Shown here: positions 16,545-25,799 of the stretch, one piece after another | Layout: every line of letters begins with the position of its first letter | Position numbering within the stretch: the first letter of the stretch is position 1 | Origin: Fidelibacterota bacterium | GTDB taxonomy: Bacteria > Fidelibacterota > Marinisomatia > Marinisomatales > UBA1611 | NCBI GenBank assembly: GCA_038365355.1 | Contig: JAYPLH010000001.1 | Location: 1-32,547, forward strand | Reading direction: 5' to 3' | DNA length: 32,547 bases | The notes under the pieces: model-generated | The model's database searches: none | The model's input: the letters and a program-made list of their open reading frames with translations, nothing else | What the model was told of the DNA's origin: nothing | Translations under genes and position numbers: made by a program

Positions 16545-17840
16545 TTGTTCCAGTACTCAACCAGAGCTCTTTCTTCTATCTGCATATTACTACTTTTTTG
16601 TTCATGCTCTACAAAAACAATTTCCAATGATGGAGACTGGGAACTTGTTTGGCAGGATGAATTCGAAGGTGACAAACTGGACAGATCAAATTGGACTTTT
16701 GATCTAGGAACAGGGGCACCATCTTTCAAAGAGTATGGGCAGAGTTCGCCATATTTTGTACCTGAAAATTTTCCAAGCGATAATTTTTCAGTTCGCTGGG
16801 AAGGAGAAATTAAAATAGACTTTAACACCGAGTATACTTTCTACCTTATTTCTGATGATGGAGTAAGGCTATATGTCAATAACAATGTAATAATTGATAG
16901 CTGGAAACCTCAACCTGCAACAGAAAAACAAGGTGTGATCAAGCTTCAAAAAAATAAAAAATATACTATACAGATTGAGTATTTTGAACAGACTGGTGGA
17001 GAAGCAATAGTTCTTGGATGGGAAAGTGAAAAATTCTCAAAAAGATTAGTACCCAGCTCACATCTATCTACACCCGATGGAAAACCAGGACTTCAGGGAA
17101 CATACTTTAAAAACAGGGAACTGAAACAAACAACCACGGATCCTCCTTTAGTTAGAATAGATAAAGAAATCAACTGGGTTACCGGAGGAGGATGGGGTAA
17201 TAATGAATCTCAATACTATACAGATAGAGCCCAAAATGTTAGAATTGTAGATGGAAAGTTAATCATTGAATCTCACAAAGAGGCCTACAGAGGATCTAAT
17301 TATACCAGTTCACGAATTAAAACAAAAAACAGTTGGAAGTACGGAAGATTTGAAATTAAAGCAAAATTACCACCTGGAAGAGGAACATGGAGCGCCCTTT
17401 GGGCTTTACCTACGGATTGGGAATATGGGAACTGGCCGCTAAGCGGGGAAATTGATATTATGGAGCACGTTGGTTATGATGAAGATATCATTGTAACAAG
17501 CCTTCATAACGCTGCTCTCTCTGCTGGGAAAATTGGCGGAACAGACCAACACGGATATATCGAGCAACCAAATGCTTGTAAAGAATTCAACACGTACACT
17601 CTGGAATGGAGCGAACAAGAGATTAAAATCTTTGTTAATGATAAAATTTCATTACAATATCCAAAACAAGATAAAAATTGGGCAAAATGGCCATTTGATA
17701 AAAGATTTCACTTGCTTTTTAACATTGCAGTAGGCGGTAATTGGGGAGGGGAAAAAGGCATAGATGATAACGCATTCCCATCTAAAATGGAAATAGACTA
17801 TGTTAGAGTTTATTCTAACATAGGAAACAGAGAATCTTAA
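16545..17840 (+). CDS. Lipoprotein GH16 laminarinase (beta-bulge type) with a PA14 domain inserted in an N-terminal loop
   Basis: 431-aa ORF. The only plausible start is TTG at 16545, because an in-frame TAA lies at 16536-16538. The lipobox-like signal is ILLLFCSC. The GH16 start is WELVWQDEFEGDKLDRSNWTFDLGTG, and the domain resumes at GGGWGNNESQYYTDR. The catalytic motif is GEIDIMEHVG (E302, D304, E307; nt 17448-17465). The PA14 hallmarks between the two parts are NFSVRWEGEI, YTFYLISDDGVRLYVNN and YTIQIEYFE. Confidence 0.85.
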   Translation: MFQYSTRALSSICILLLFCSCSTKTISNDGDWELVWQDEFEGDKLDRSNWTFDLGTGAPSFKEYGQSSPYFVPENFPSDNFSVRWEGEIKIDFNTEYTFYLISDDGVRLYVNNNVIIDSWKPQPATEKQGVIKLQKNKKYTIQIEYFEQTGGEAIVLGWESEKFSKRLVPSSHLSTPDGKPGLQGTYFKNRELKQTTTDPPLVRIDKEINWVTGGGWGNNESQYYTDRAQNVRIVDGKLIIESHKEAYRGSNYTSSRIKTKNSWKYGRFEIKAKLPPGRGTWSALWALPTDWEYGNWPLSGEIDIMEHVGYDEDIIVTSLHNAALSAGKIGGTDQHGYIEQPNACKEFNTYTLEWSEQEIKIFVNDKISLQYPKQDKNWAKWPFDKRFHLLFNIAVGGNWGGEKGIDDNAFPSKMEIDYVRVYSNIGNRES

Positions 17841-17843
17841 AAA

Positions 17844-19490
17844 ATGAAAAAAATCATATCCATATTTTTTATCCTAGCAGTCTATTTCTTTGCCTCTTGT
17901 GAGAATAAAACAAACCGAGATCTAGAAGGTCTGATTGTATATCAAGAAAATCAAATTTCCTGGACTCGAAATTTTGAACCATTGAATCCAGTTTCAATAT
18001 GTAGATGGCCTACTAGAGGAGGCATTTACGAGCCTCTATACATTTACAATCCTATCAGCACTGAATGGGTTCCCTGGCTAGCAACAAACTATGAATGGAA
18101 AAACGACAATAGAAAGCTATTATTTTCTATACGAACAGGTGTTAAATGGTCTGACGGGAGAGAATTTAGTGCCTATGACGTAGCATATACTTTAAACTTA
18201 TGGAAACAATTTCCAGCCTTGGATACCCGTAATGCATGGGATTATCTGCAAAATGTTGTTGCAATTTCAGATACATTAGTAGAAGTTGACTTCAAAAGGG
18301 TTTACGTCCCAGGTTTTGAAGCTATTGCAGGGGCCTATATTGTACCAAAACATATATGGAGTAAACTTGATGATCCCCTTAAGTTTGATAACCCTGACCC
18401 TGTTGGAACCGGCCCGTATACAGAAGTATTACGTTTTAACAGCCAAGTATGGGAACTTGGGAAAAATCATAATTATTGGCAAAAAGGAAAACCTCACGTA
18501 GAAAAATTAATTTTCCCCACATTTTCAACTAACGAACAAACAACTCTTGCGCTTCTAAGCGGAAATCTGGACTGGGCAGGAGCGTTTATTCCTGCTATAC
18601 AACGAATCTTTGTTGACAAAAATCCTGAGCACCATCATTACTGGTTTCGAAATACTGGATACTCTACATTTTTACATACCAATACGAAAGACCCTATTTT
18701 ACAAGATACAAATGTGCGAAAAGCAATAAGCTATGCAATAAACCGAGAGCAAGTAGTCAAAGTTGGAATGTATAACTATACCTCTCCTGCCCATGTAACA
18801 AGCCTAGCAGGACCAATGGCTAAATGGCATTCACCAAAAATTAATGAAAAAGAAAATTGGACTGCTTTTAACCTAGAAAAAGCTAATGAGCTACTTGATG
18901 ATGCAGGATATAAGTGGAAAAACAAAAACGAAAGAATAGATTCAAATGGGTCACCATTAAAGTTCAATATAATCGTAGTATCTGGATGGAGCGATTGGGT
19001 TCGATCTGCTCAAGTCATTAGTCAGAACTTAAAGAAAGTCGGAATTCAAGCAACCGTAAGGACCTATGACTTTGGAGCTTGGATTGCTAGGATGCAACAA
19101 GGAAACTTTCAAATGGCTGTTGGATGGGCTGATAAAGGCGCTACCCCTTATAACTTTTTTAAATCAATGATGTTTTCAGAATATGTAAAACCATTAGGAG
19201 AAACTGCTGATATTAATTGGCACAGATTTGGAATTAAAGAAGCAGATTTTTTGATCAAGGAGTTTGAACAAACATCAGATGAAAATAAAATAAAAAATAT
19301 CATTTACAAATTACAACACTTGTTTATAGAACACGCACCTGGTATTCCCCTATTTGCTGAACTTAGTTGGGCAGAATGCAATTCAAAATATTTTACCAAT
19401 TTTCCAAGCGCAGAGAACCCTTATGGACCATTGTCTGTAAATGAACAACCTAGCTTTATTTTTACTTTGTTAAATATTAAAAAAAGATGA
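17844..19490 (+). CDS. ABC transporter substrate-binding lipoprotein, family 5 (Opp/Dpp type), probably oligosaccharide-binding by context
   Basis: 548-aa ORF with lipobox FFASC. Its length and conserved blocks are typical of family-5 binding proteins (WSDGREFSAYDVAYT, VGTGPY, NHNYWQKGKP). It is followed by matching DppB/DppC-type permeases. The sugar specificity is inferred from the flanking glycoside hydrolases. Confidence 0.8.
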   Translation: MKKIISIFFILAVYFFASCENKTNRDLEGLIVYQENQISWTRNFEPLNPVSICRWPTRGGIYEPLYIYNPISTEWVPWLATNYEWKNDNRKLLFSIRTGVKWSDGREFSAYDVAYTLNLWKQFPALDTRNAWDYLQNVVAISDTLVEVDFKRVYVPGFEAIAGAYIVPKHIWSKLDDPLKFDNPDPVGTGPYTEVLRFNSQVWELGKNHNYWQKGKPHVEKLIFPTFSTNEQTTLALLSGNLDWAGAFIPAIQRIFVDKNPEHHHYWFRNTGYSTFLHTNTKDPILQDTNVRKAISYAINREQVVKVGMYNYTSPAHVTSLAGPMAKWHSPKINEKENWTAFNLEKANELLDDAGYKWKNKNERIDSNGSPLKFNIIVVSGWSDWVRSAQVISQNLKKVGIQATVRTYDFGAWIARMQQGNFQMAVGWADKGATPYNFFKSMMFSEYVKPLGETADINWHRFGIKEADFLIKEFEQTSDENKIKNIIYKLQHLFIEHAPGIPLFAELSWAECNSKYFTNFPSAENPYGPLSVNEQPSFIFTLLNIKKR

Positions 19491-20473
19491 ATAAATCCAT
19501 ATTATACATTGCAAGACGATTCGGTTTCTATCTTATAGCTGCATTTGCTGCATTAACTTTAAACTTTATTATTCCAAGATTAATGCCAGGAGACCCAGCT
19601 TCCATTATTTTTGCACGCTTCAAAGGGAAGTTAAAACCAGAAGCGATAGATGCTATGCGAGAAAGCTTTGGTCTAACCAACGATCCAATTATCACTCAAT
19701 ATGCTTCATATTTAAAGGGCATCCTTCAAGGGGACTTGGGAATTTCAATTGCCTATTTTCCTGAACCTGTTTCTGAAATCATTGGAGGCGGTCTCATTTG
19801 GACAATATTTTTAGCAGGAAGCTCTATGGTAATTGCATTCCTAATTGGAACAACTCTAGGTGTCATAATTGCTTGGAATAGAACAGGAAAATTGGATACC
19901 ATTTTACCACCCGCATTAGCATTCTTTGGAGCATTCCCCTATTTCTGGTTAGCAATGGTTGTTCTTTATATTTTTGGTTTTTCTATGAACTGGTTTCCTA
20001 TTGGTCGCGCCTTTGGAAATGAGGTTAATCCAGGATTAAACACACCTTATTTACTGAGCGTCTTATATCATGCTTTTCTACCAGCCTTAACTCTAGTTTT
20101 TGTGAGCCTAGGAGGTTGGATGCTATCCATGCGAAATACTATGATCAGTACTCTGGGTTCAGATTATATTACTTTTGCAAATGCAAAAGGCATCCCATCT
20201 CGATTAATTATGCTTCGTTATGCTGCACGAAATGCTATTCTACCAAACCTAACAGGATTTGGTATGGCTTTGGGTTTTATGTTAAGTGGAGCACTTTTAA
20301 CAGAAATGATTTTTTCTTATCCAGGCCAAGGGTTTCTACTTTTACAGGCTGTACAAAGTCAGGATTATCCTCTTATGCAGGGAATTTTCATGACAATTAC
20401 GCTTGCAGTACTTGGTGCAAACTGGCTAGTGGACATTGCGATTTTGTTTTTTGACCCTAGAACAAGAAGATGA
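19487..20473 (+). CDS. ABC transporter permease (DppB/OppB type)
   Basis: 328-aa ORF with a typical N-terminus (IARRFGFYLIAAFAALTLNFIIPRLMPGDP). It has multiple TM segments and an EAA-like loop (DYITFANAKGIPSRLIMLRYAARNA). The ATGA overlaps with both neighbours. Confidence 0.9.
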   Translation: MNKSILYIARRFGFYLIAAFAALTLNFIIPRLMPGDPASIIFARFKGKLKPEAIDAMRESFGLTNDPIITQYASYLKGILQGDLGISIAYFPEPVSEIIGGGLIWTIFLAGSSMVIAFLIGTTLGVIIAWNRTGKLDTILPPALAFFGAFPYFWLAMVVLYIFGFSMNWFPIGRAFGNEVNPGLNTPYLLSVLYHAFLPALTLVFVSLGGWMLSMRNTMISTLGSDYITFANAKGIPSRLIMLRYAARNAILPNLTGFGMALGFMLSGALLTEMIFSYPGQGFLLLQAVQSQDYPLMQGIFMTITLAVLGANWLVDIAILFFDPRTRR

Positions 20474-21411
20474 ATAATAAAAACAATCTGCAACAAAATA
20501 GTATCTTTACTCGATGGGTTTCTGGAATTATTGAGAATCAAAAAGCATTTAGCGGAAGCTGCATCATCTTATTTTTTGCTTTAGTGGCAATCTTTGTACC
20601 ATTCTTTATTAATTCCCCTACGGATTTTCTTGGTACTCCGCTTTCTCCTCCATCCTTTGAGTACATTTTTGGAACAAATGGTCAAGGACAAGATGTATTC
20701 GCACAAACGATATGCGGAGCAAGGCAGACGCTTTTTGTCGGATTTAGTGCAGGCATTCTTGTTGTAATAATTGGTGCATTAATTGGAGGAATTGCTGGAT
20801 TTTACGGTGGAAGAATAGATGATATCTTGTCTTTATTAATTAATGTTTTCTTAGTAATGCCGGGACTTCCTCTTATGGTAATCCTTGCTAGCTGGCTACC
20901 ACCAACACCTGGAACTTTGCTAGGAGTTTTAGTGCTCACAGGCTGGGCATGGAACGCACGTATCATAAGATCTCAAATGATGACGTTTAGAAATCGAGAT
21001 TTTGTCTCTGCTGCCATCATTAGCGGAGAATCAAATATTCGAATAATTGTTGTCGAAATTATGCCCAGGATGCTTTCTTTACTTGCATCTGCATTTATTG
21101 GAGCATCCATTTACGCTATTGGAGCACAGGTAGGCCTTGAGTTTTTGGGACTAGGGGATATCAGTACTGTCACATGGGGAACAAATCTCTATTGGGCAAG
21201 TAATGATCTTGCACTACTTACAGAATCTTGGTGGACATTTGTGCCTACTGGCCTAAGCATTGCGATCGTCAGTTTTGCCCTTACATTAATTAATTTTGGC
21301 ATTGATGAAGTATCCAACCCTCGACTTATTTCAGAACGCATATGGCGCAACAAGGTTCCAAAAGAGCTAATTAACCATGGAATAACTCCCGTAACTAGTC
21401 AAAATGAATAA
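20470..21411 (+). CDS. ABC transporter permease (DppC/OppC type)
   Basis: 313-aa ORF. It has an OppC-type N-terminal TM segment followed by GTNGQGQDVF. Further TM segments and RNRDFVSAAIISGESNIRII are present. Confidence 0.9.
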   Translation: MNNKNNLQQNSIFTRWVSGIIENQKAFSGSCIILFFALVAIFVPFFINSPTDFLGTPLSPPSFEYIFGTNGQGQDVFAQTICGARQTLFVGFSAGILVVIIGALIGGIAGFYGGRIDDILSLLINVFLVMPGLPLMVILASWLPPTPGTLLGVLVLTGWAWNARIIRSQMMTFRNRDFVSAAIISGESNIRIIVVEIMPRMLSLLASAFIGASIYAIGAQVGLEFLGLGDISTVTWGTNLYWASNDLALLTESWWTFVPTGLSIAIVSFALTLINFGIDEVSNPRLISERIWRNKVPKELINHGITPVTSQNE

Positions 21412-23077
21412 TCCTATTATTTCAGTAAACAACCTATCTGTTGAATACGTTACAGGCATAAAATCTGTTCAAGCTGTGCATAACGTTTCATTTGAGATTA
21501 ATTCAGGAGAAATCTTTGGTCTAGTTGGAGAATCTGGAAGCGGGAAGAGTACAGTAGTGCAAGCAATGATGCGAATACTCCCCCCTCCTGCGCTCATTAG
21601 CAAAGGAAATGTATTTATTAACAATGAAGATATCATGGCTGCTTCAGAAGCCGATATTATCAATTTTCGATGGAAAAAAATCTCCATTGTTATGCAAAGC
21701 GCTCTCAATGCTTTAAACCCTGTTTTATCTGTACGTGAACAAATCCATGATGTCCTAAAAATACATAAAGGTTTAATCGGAATAGAAGCAGATAACCGAG
21801 CCAAAGAATTATTGTCTCTTGTCGATATAGAGTATAATCGATTAGACAGTTTCCCTCATCAATTATCTGGAGGAATGAAACAACGTATTGTTATTGCGAT
21901 TGCTCTTGCAATTATGCCTCCAATAATTATTATGGATGAGCCTACAACCGCACTAGACGTAATCGTGGAACGTGAAATTATATCAAAAGTTATTGAGCTA
22001 AGGAAAAAATTAGATTTTACAATTTTGTTTATCACTCATGATTTAAACTTACTATTAGAATTTGCTGATAGGTTGGCAATAATGAAAGATGGGGAGGTCG
22101 TTGAATTGGATGAAGTTAAAAATATTCAAAAAGGCGGAAAACATCCTTATACCAAAAAATTAATTGGATCCATACCATCTGCATCTGGAGTTCGACAAAA
22201 GGGACTTCTAACAAAACCAGATAAATTAACCTTTCCAAAGGATCCTATTTTAGAAGTTAAAGACCTTGAGAAAGTATTTCAATCTTCAAATATTTTCAAT
22301 AAACAAAAATTAATAGCTGTAAATGGAGTGTCTTTTAAAATTTTTAAAGGAGAAATTATTGGTCTTGTTGGAGAATCAGGAAGTGGTAAAAGTACCATAG
22401 CAAAATTGGTAACACGCTTAATGAGGCCATCTGCGGGATCTATTTACCTTAATGGTCAAAACAAAAAAGTTACCGAATCTAGAAATGTCCCACTTGAATA
22501 TCGTAAAACGGTTCAAATGGTTTTTCAGGATCCATTTGGGTCCCTCAATTCTATTCATACCGTATACCATCATTTAGCAAGACCTTTATTTAGACATAAA
22601 TTAAAAGATCAAACAGAAATGTTTCCGTATATCGTTCATTTATTAGAAAAGGTTGGTCTTACTCCTGGAGATAAATTTGCGAAAAAATTTCCTCACGAAA
22701 TGTCTGGAGGAGAAAGACAACGGGTTGCAATTGCAAGGGCTTTAAGCTTAGATCCTCAGATTATAGTAGCAGATGAACCCACTTCAATGTTAGATGTTTC
22801 CATAAGAATGGATGTGCTTGAAATTTTTGCAAAAATGCGAAAAGAAAATAATTTAACTGTTCTGTTTATTACTCACGATCTAGCCTCTGCTCGATATTTG
22901 GCAGATAGAATAATTGTATTGAAAAATGGAGCCATTGTAGAAGAAAACGCCTCTGAAAAGCTAATACAAAGCCCAAAAAAAGAGTATACAAAACAACTAG
23001 TTACAGCAGCATCACCTGGTTGGCTAAGTAGTCTTGGAGAAAATTTTGAAAAAAAGGAAGAGTATAATGACCAATAA
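21404..23077 (+). CDS. Fused double ABC ATPase (DppD-DppF type)
   Basis: 557-aa ORF with two full nucleotide-binding domains. Walker A is GESGSGKST twice. The signatures are LSGGMKQR and MSGGERQR. Walker B is IIIMDEPTTALD and IIVADEPTSMLD. Confidence 0.92.
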   Translation: MNNPIISVNNLSVEYVTGIKSVQAVHNVSFEINSGEIFGLVGESGSGKSTVVQAMMRILPPPALISKGNVFINNEDIMAASEADIINFRWKKISIVMQSALNALNPVLSVREQIHDVLKIHKGLIGIEADNRAKELLSLVDIEYNRLDSFPHQLSGGMKQRIVIAIALAIMPPIIIMDEPTTALDVIVEREIISKVIELRKKLDFTILFITHDLNLLLEFADRLAIMKDGEVVELDEVKNIQKGGKHPYTKKLIGSIPSASGVRQKGLLTKPDKLTFPKDPILEVKDLEKVFQSSNIFNKQKLIAVNGVSFKIFKGEIIGLVGESGSGKSTIAKLVTRLMRPSAGSIYLNGQNKKVTESRNVPLEYRKTVQMVFQDPFGSLNSIHTVYHHLARPLFRHKLKDQTEMFPYIVHLLEKVGLTPGDKFAKKFPHEMSGGERQRVAIARALSLDPQIIVADEPTSMLDVSIRMDVLEIFAKMRKENNLTVLFITHDLASARYLADRIIVLKNGAIVEENASEKLIQSPKKEYTKQLVTAASPGWLSSLGENFEKKEEYNDQ

Positions 23078-24425
23078 TAAATTTCCAAAAGATTTTTTTT
23101 GGGGTACTGCAACCTCAAGTTACCAAATAGAGGGTGCTCCAGATGCAGATGGTAAAGGTCTTTCTGTTTGGGATACTTTTAGCCATAAAAAAGATACTAT
23201 AAAAAATGGAGACACTGGGGATGTTGCTTGTGATCATTATCATCTTTGGCCAAAAGATTTAGATCTCTTAGAAAATCTAGGAGTAAACTCATATAGGTTT
23301 TCAATTAGCTGGCCTAGGATTCTTCCAACAGGCAAAGAAAACAAGCCTAACCAAGCTGGATTGGACTTTTATAGCCGATTAGTAGACAACCTTCTTGAAA
23401 GAGGGATAACTCCTTTTCTTACTCTAAACCATTGGGATATTCCACAAGGTTTAGAGAATGAAGGCGGATGGACGGAAAGAATGATGGTTGATGCATTTGT
23501 AAAGTATAGCTACCACACTAGTAAACATCTTGGAGATAGAGTTAAGCATTGGATTACTCATAATGAACCGTGGTGTGTAAGTCATATTGGATATGTTGCT
23601 GGTCATAAACCACCTGGTCTTAAAAATGATTGGCCTAAAAGCCTGTCTGCTGCTCATCATCTACTTCTTTCCCATGGTATGGCTATTCCAGAAATCAGAA
23701 ATAATGTACAAGATGAAAAAGTAGGAATAACATTAAACTTGAATACTGCAATACCCGCATCTCCTAGTGAACATGATAAAAAAGCCTGCGACTTTTTTGA
23801 TAATATGTTTAATCGACTCTTTTTAGAACCTCTTTACAATAGAAAATACCCACTAGAACTTTTTGATGAACTTAAAAAACGAAAAAATATTACCGATAAA
23901 GATTTAAACTTTATCAAAGACAATGACCTTGAAATCATCGCCCAAAAAACAGACTTTTTAGGTGTCAATTATTACAGCCGAGGTGTAATTAGAAATGAAG
24001 AAATTAGTGAGGAAGAAAATTTACCTAAAAACATAGAAATGGGTCCGGAGACTGATTTTGGATGGGAAGTATACCCCCCTGGTCTATATGATCTACTCAT
24101 AAAACTAAAAAAAGAGTATAACGTGGAAAAGATTTTTATTACAGAAAATGGATGCTCATACTCAGATGGTCCAAATGAAGAAAATAAAATCAATGATCAA
24201 AGAAGAATAGATTATCATCATACCCATTTGATTGAAATACAAAAAGCTATCCATGATGGCGTGGACTGTAAAGGGTATTTTGCATGGTCATTAATGGATA
24301 ACTTTGAGTGGGCACAGGGATTCAGCCAAAGGTTTGGACTAGTTTGGGTTGATTTTGAATCATTAGATCGTATTCCAAAAGAAAGTTATCATTGGTATAA
24401 AAATTATATTTCAAACAATAAATAA
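23067..24425 (+). CDS. GH1 beta-glucosidase, cytoplasmic
   Basis: The family start is FPKDFFWGTATSSYQIEGA, the acid/base is ITHNEPW and the nucleophile is ITENG. There is no signal peptide. I place the start at the internal ATG 23067 (MTNNKFPKDFFWG), which is preceded by AGGAAG and overlaps the ATPase stop by 11 nt. The track start at 23034 seems less likely. Confidence 0.9.
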   Translation: MTNNKFPKDFFWGTATSSYQIEGAPDADGKGLSVWDTFSHKKDTIKNGDTGDVACDHYHLWPKDLDLLENLGVNSYRFSISWPRILPTGKENKPNQAGLDFYSRLVDNLLERGITPFLTLNHWDIPQGLENEGGWTERMMVDAFVKYSYHTSKHLGDRVKHWITHNEPWCVSHIGYVAGHKPPGLKNDWPKSLSAAHHLLLSHGMAIPEIRNNVQDEKVGITLNLNTAIPASPSEHDKKACDFFDNMFNRLFLEPLYNRKYPLELFDELKKRKNITDKDLNFIKDNDLEIIAQKTDFLGVNYYSRGVIRNEEISEEENLPKNIEMGPETDFGWEVYPPGLYDLLIKLKKEYNVEKIFITENGCSYSDGPNEENKINDQRRIDYHHTHLIEIQKAIHDGVDCKGYFAWSLMDNFEWAQGFSQRFGLVWVDFESLDRIPKESYHWYKNYISNNK

Positions 24426-24437
24426 GAGAAGATTCGA

Positions 24438-25781
24438 ATGAATTCACCTGAAAATACATCCATCTATTTAACCTCTAAAGATTCAAATCACAGACTTGAA
24501 AAAATTTCGGCAAGTGAAATATCAACGGTTTCAAAAACAGAGTTACAGTCTATTCGTCTGCACAAAAAAAATATTCGGCAAAGCATATTAGGTTTTGGAG
24601 GTGCTTTTACGGAAGCATCTGCAAGTATTTATGATCAGCTTGATAAAAATAAAAAAAATAAAGTTATTGAAGCATACTTCGGTAAAAGTGGGAATCAGTA
24701 CAATATGGGCAGAACTCACATAAACAGTTGCGATTTTTCATTGGGAAACTATGCTCTTTGCGAAACTGAAGATCGAGAATTAACAGACTTTTCTATTCAA
24801 AGAGATAAAAAGATGCTCATCCCATTTATCAAATCAGCTCTTGAAAAAGCATCTACTCCTATTCATATTATGGCCTCTCCTTGGAGCCCACCTCCATGGA
24901 TGAAAACAAATAATCAAATGAATCACGGTGGAAAGCTCAAAGAAGAGTATCGGGGTACTTGGGCTGAATATTATTGTAAATACATAAAATTTTACGAAGA
25001 AGATGGTGTTCCTATATGGGGAATCTCTGTACAAAATGAACCCGAAGCAGTACAGACGTGGGACTCATGTGTATACTCAGGAGAAGAAGAGCGAGATTTT
25101 ATAAAGAATTTTTTAGGTCCTGCTTTAGAAAAAAATAAATATCTTGATAAAAAACTTGTAATATGGGATCATAACCGAGACGTAATGGTCAGACGATCGA
25201 GAGCGGTGTTGTCAGACCCTGATGCTGCAAAATACGTATGGGGTACTGGTTTTCACTGGTATAATGGTGATCATTTTGACGAGGTCCAAAAGGTGCATGA
25301 TGAATTCCCCGACAAAAAATTAATATTTACAGAGGGTTGCCAAGAGGAAGGGCCACATCTTGGTTCGTGGGATTTAGGAGAAAGATATGCAACTTCTATT
25401 ATACATGATCTCAATAGATGGACAGTAGCCTGGATTGATTGGAACCTATTACTAGATGAAAACGGTGGACCAAATCATGTTGGCAATTATTGCAGTGCAC
25501 CTATAATAGTTGATACCAAGACCCAGGAATTACTTTTCCAAAGCTCTTATTATTACTTAGGTCATTTTTCTAGATTTTTTAGTAGAGGAGATAAAATTAT
25601 TAAAAGTGAGAATAATACCAACACACTTCTTGCACTTTCTGCTATTGATAAAAATCAAAAAATAACTACAACAATTATGAATAAAGAGGAAAATAGCGTA
25701 CCATTTTTATATGAAAATGGTTCAAGCTCTAAACCCTTTTCAATACCCCCTAGATCTATTATTACCATAATAAGCCAATAA
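24438..25781 (+). CDS. GH30 glycosidase (glucosylceramidase / beta-1,6-glucosidase-like), apparently cytoplasmic
   Basis: 447-aa ORF with GFGGAFTEASA and SPWSPPPWMKTN. The acid/base context is ISVQNEPE and the nucleophile context is IFTEGC. The hydrophilic N-terminus MNSPENTSIYLTSKDSNHR has no signal peptide. Confidence 0.85.
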   Translation: MNSPENTSIYLTSKDSNHRLEKISASEISTVSKTELQSIRLHKKNIRQSILGFGGAFTEASASIYDQLDKNKKNKVIEAYFGKSGNQYNMGRTHINSCDFSLGNYALCETEDRELTDFSIQRDKKMLIPFIKSALEKASTPIHIMASPWSPPPWMKTNNQMNHGGKLKEEYRGTWAEYYCKYIKFYEEDGVPIWGISVQNEPEAVQTWDSCVYSGEEERDFIKNFLGPALEKNKYLDKKLVIWDHNRDVMVRRSRAVLSDPDAAKYVWGTGFHWYNGDHFDEVQKVHDEFPDKKLIFTEGCQEEGPHLGSWDLGERYATSIIHDLNRWTVAWIDWNLLLDENGGPNHVGNYCSAPIIVDTKTQELLFQSSYYYLGHFSRFFSRGDKIIKSENNTNTLLALSAIDKNQKITTTIMNKEENSVPFLYENGSSSKPFSIPPRSIITIISQ

Positions 25782-25799
25782 AAAAAACGAACTATATAA

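Noticed and set aside
16535-16828. 97-aa minus-strand ORF antisense to the start of the GH16-PA14 gene.
   Set aside because: It is embedded antisense in a gene with strong GH16 and PA14 motifs and has no features of its own.
20116-20454. 112-aa same-strand alternate-frame ORF inside the first permease gene.
   Set aside because: The permease frame shows TM segments and the EAA-like loop. The alternate-frame product is Cys/Tyr-rich nonsense.
21469-21804. Antisense ORFs inside the plus-strand genes: 111 aa within the first ATPase domain (21469-21804), 81 aa at 22873-23118, 120 aa at 28142-28504, and smaller ones in the GH1, GH30 and 1135-aa genes.
   Set aside because: They are antisense to strongly supported genes and have no motifs. 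Long antisense frames are a common artefact.
23034-23066. Track start of the GH1 gene at 23034 (MEKILKKRKSI extension), giving a 44-nt overlap with the ATPase gene.
   Set aside because: The internal ATG at 23067 is preceded by AGGAAG. It yields the canonical GH1 N-terminus (MTNNKFPKDFFWG), and the extension has no homology-like features.
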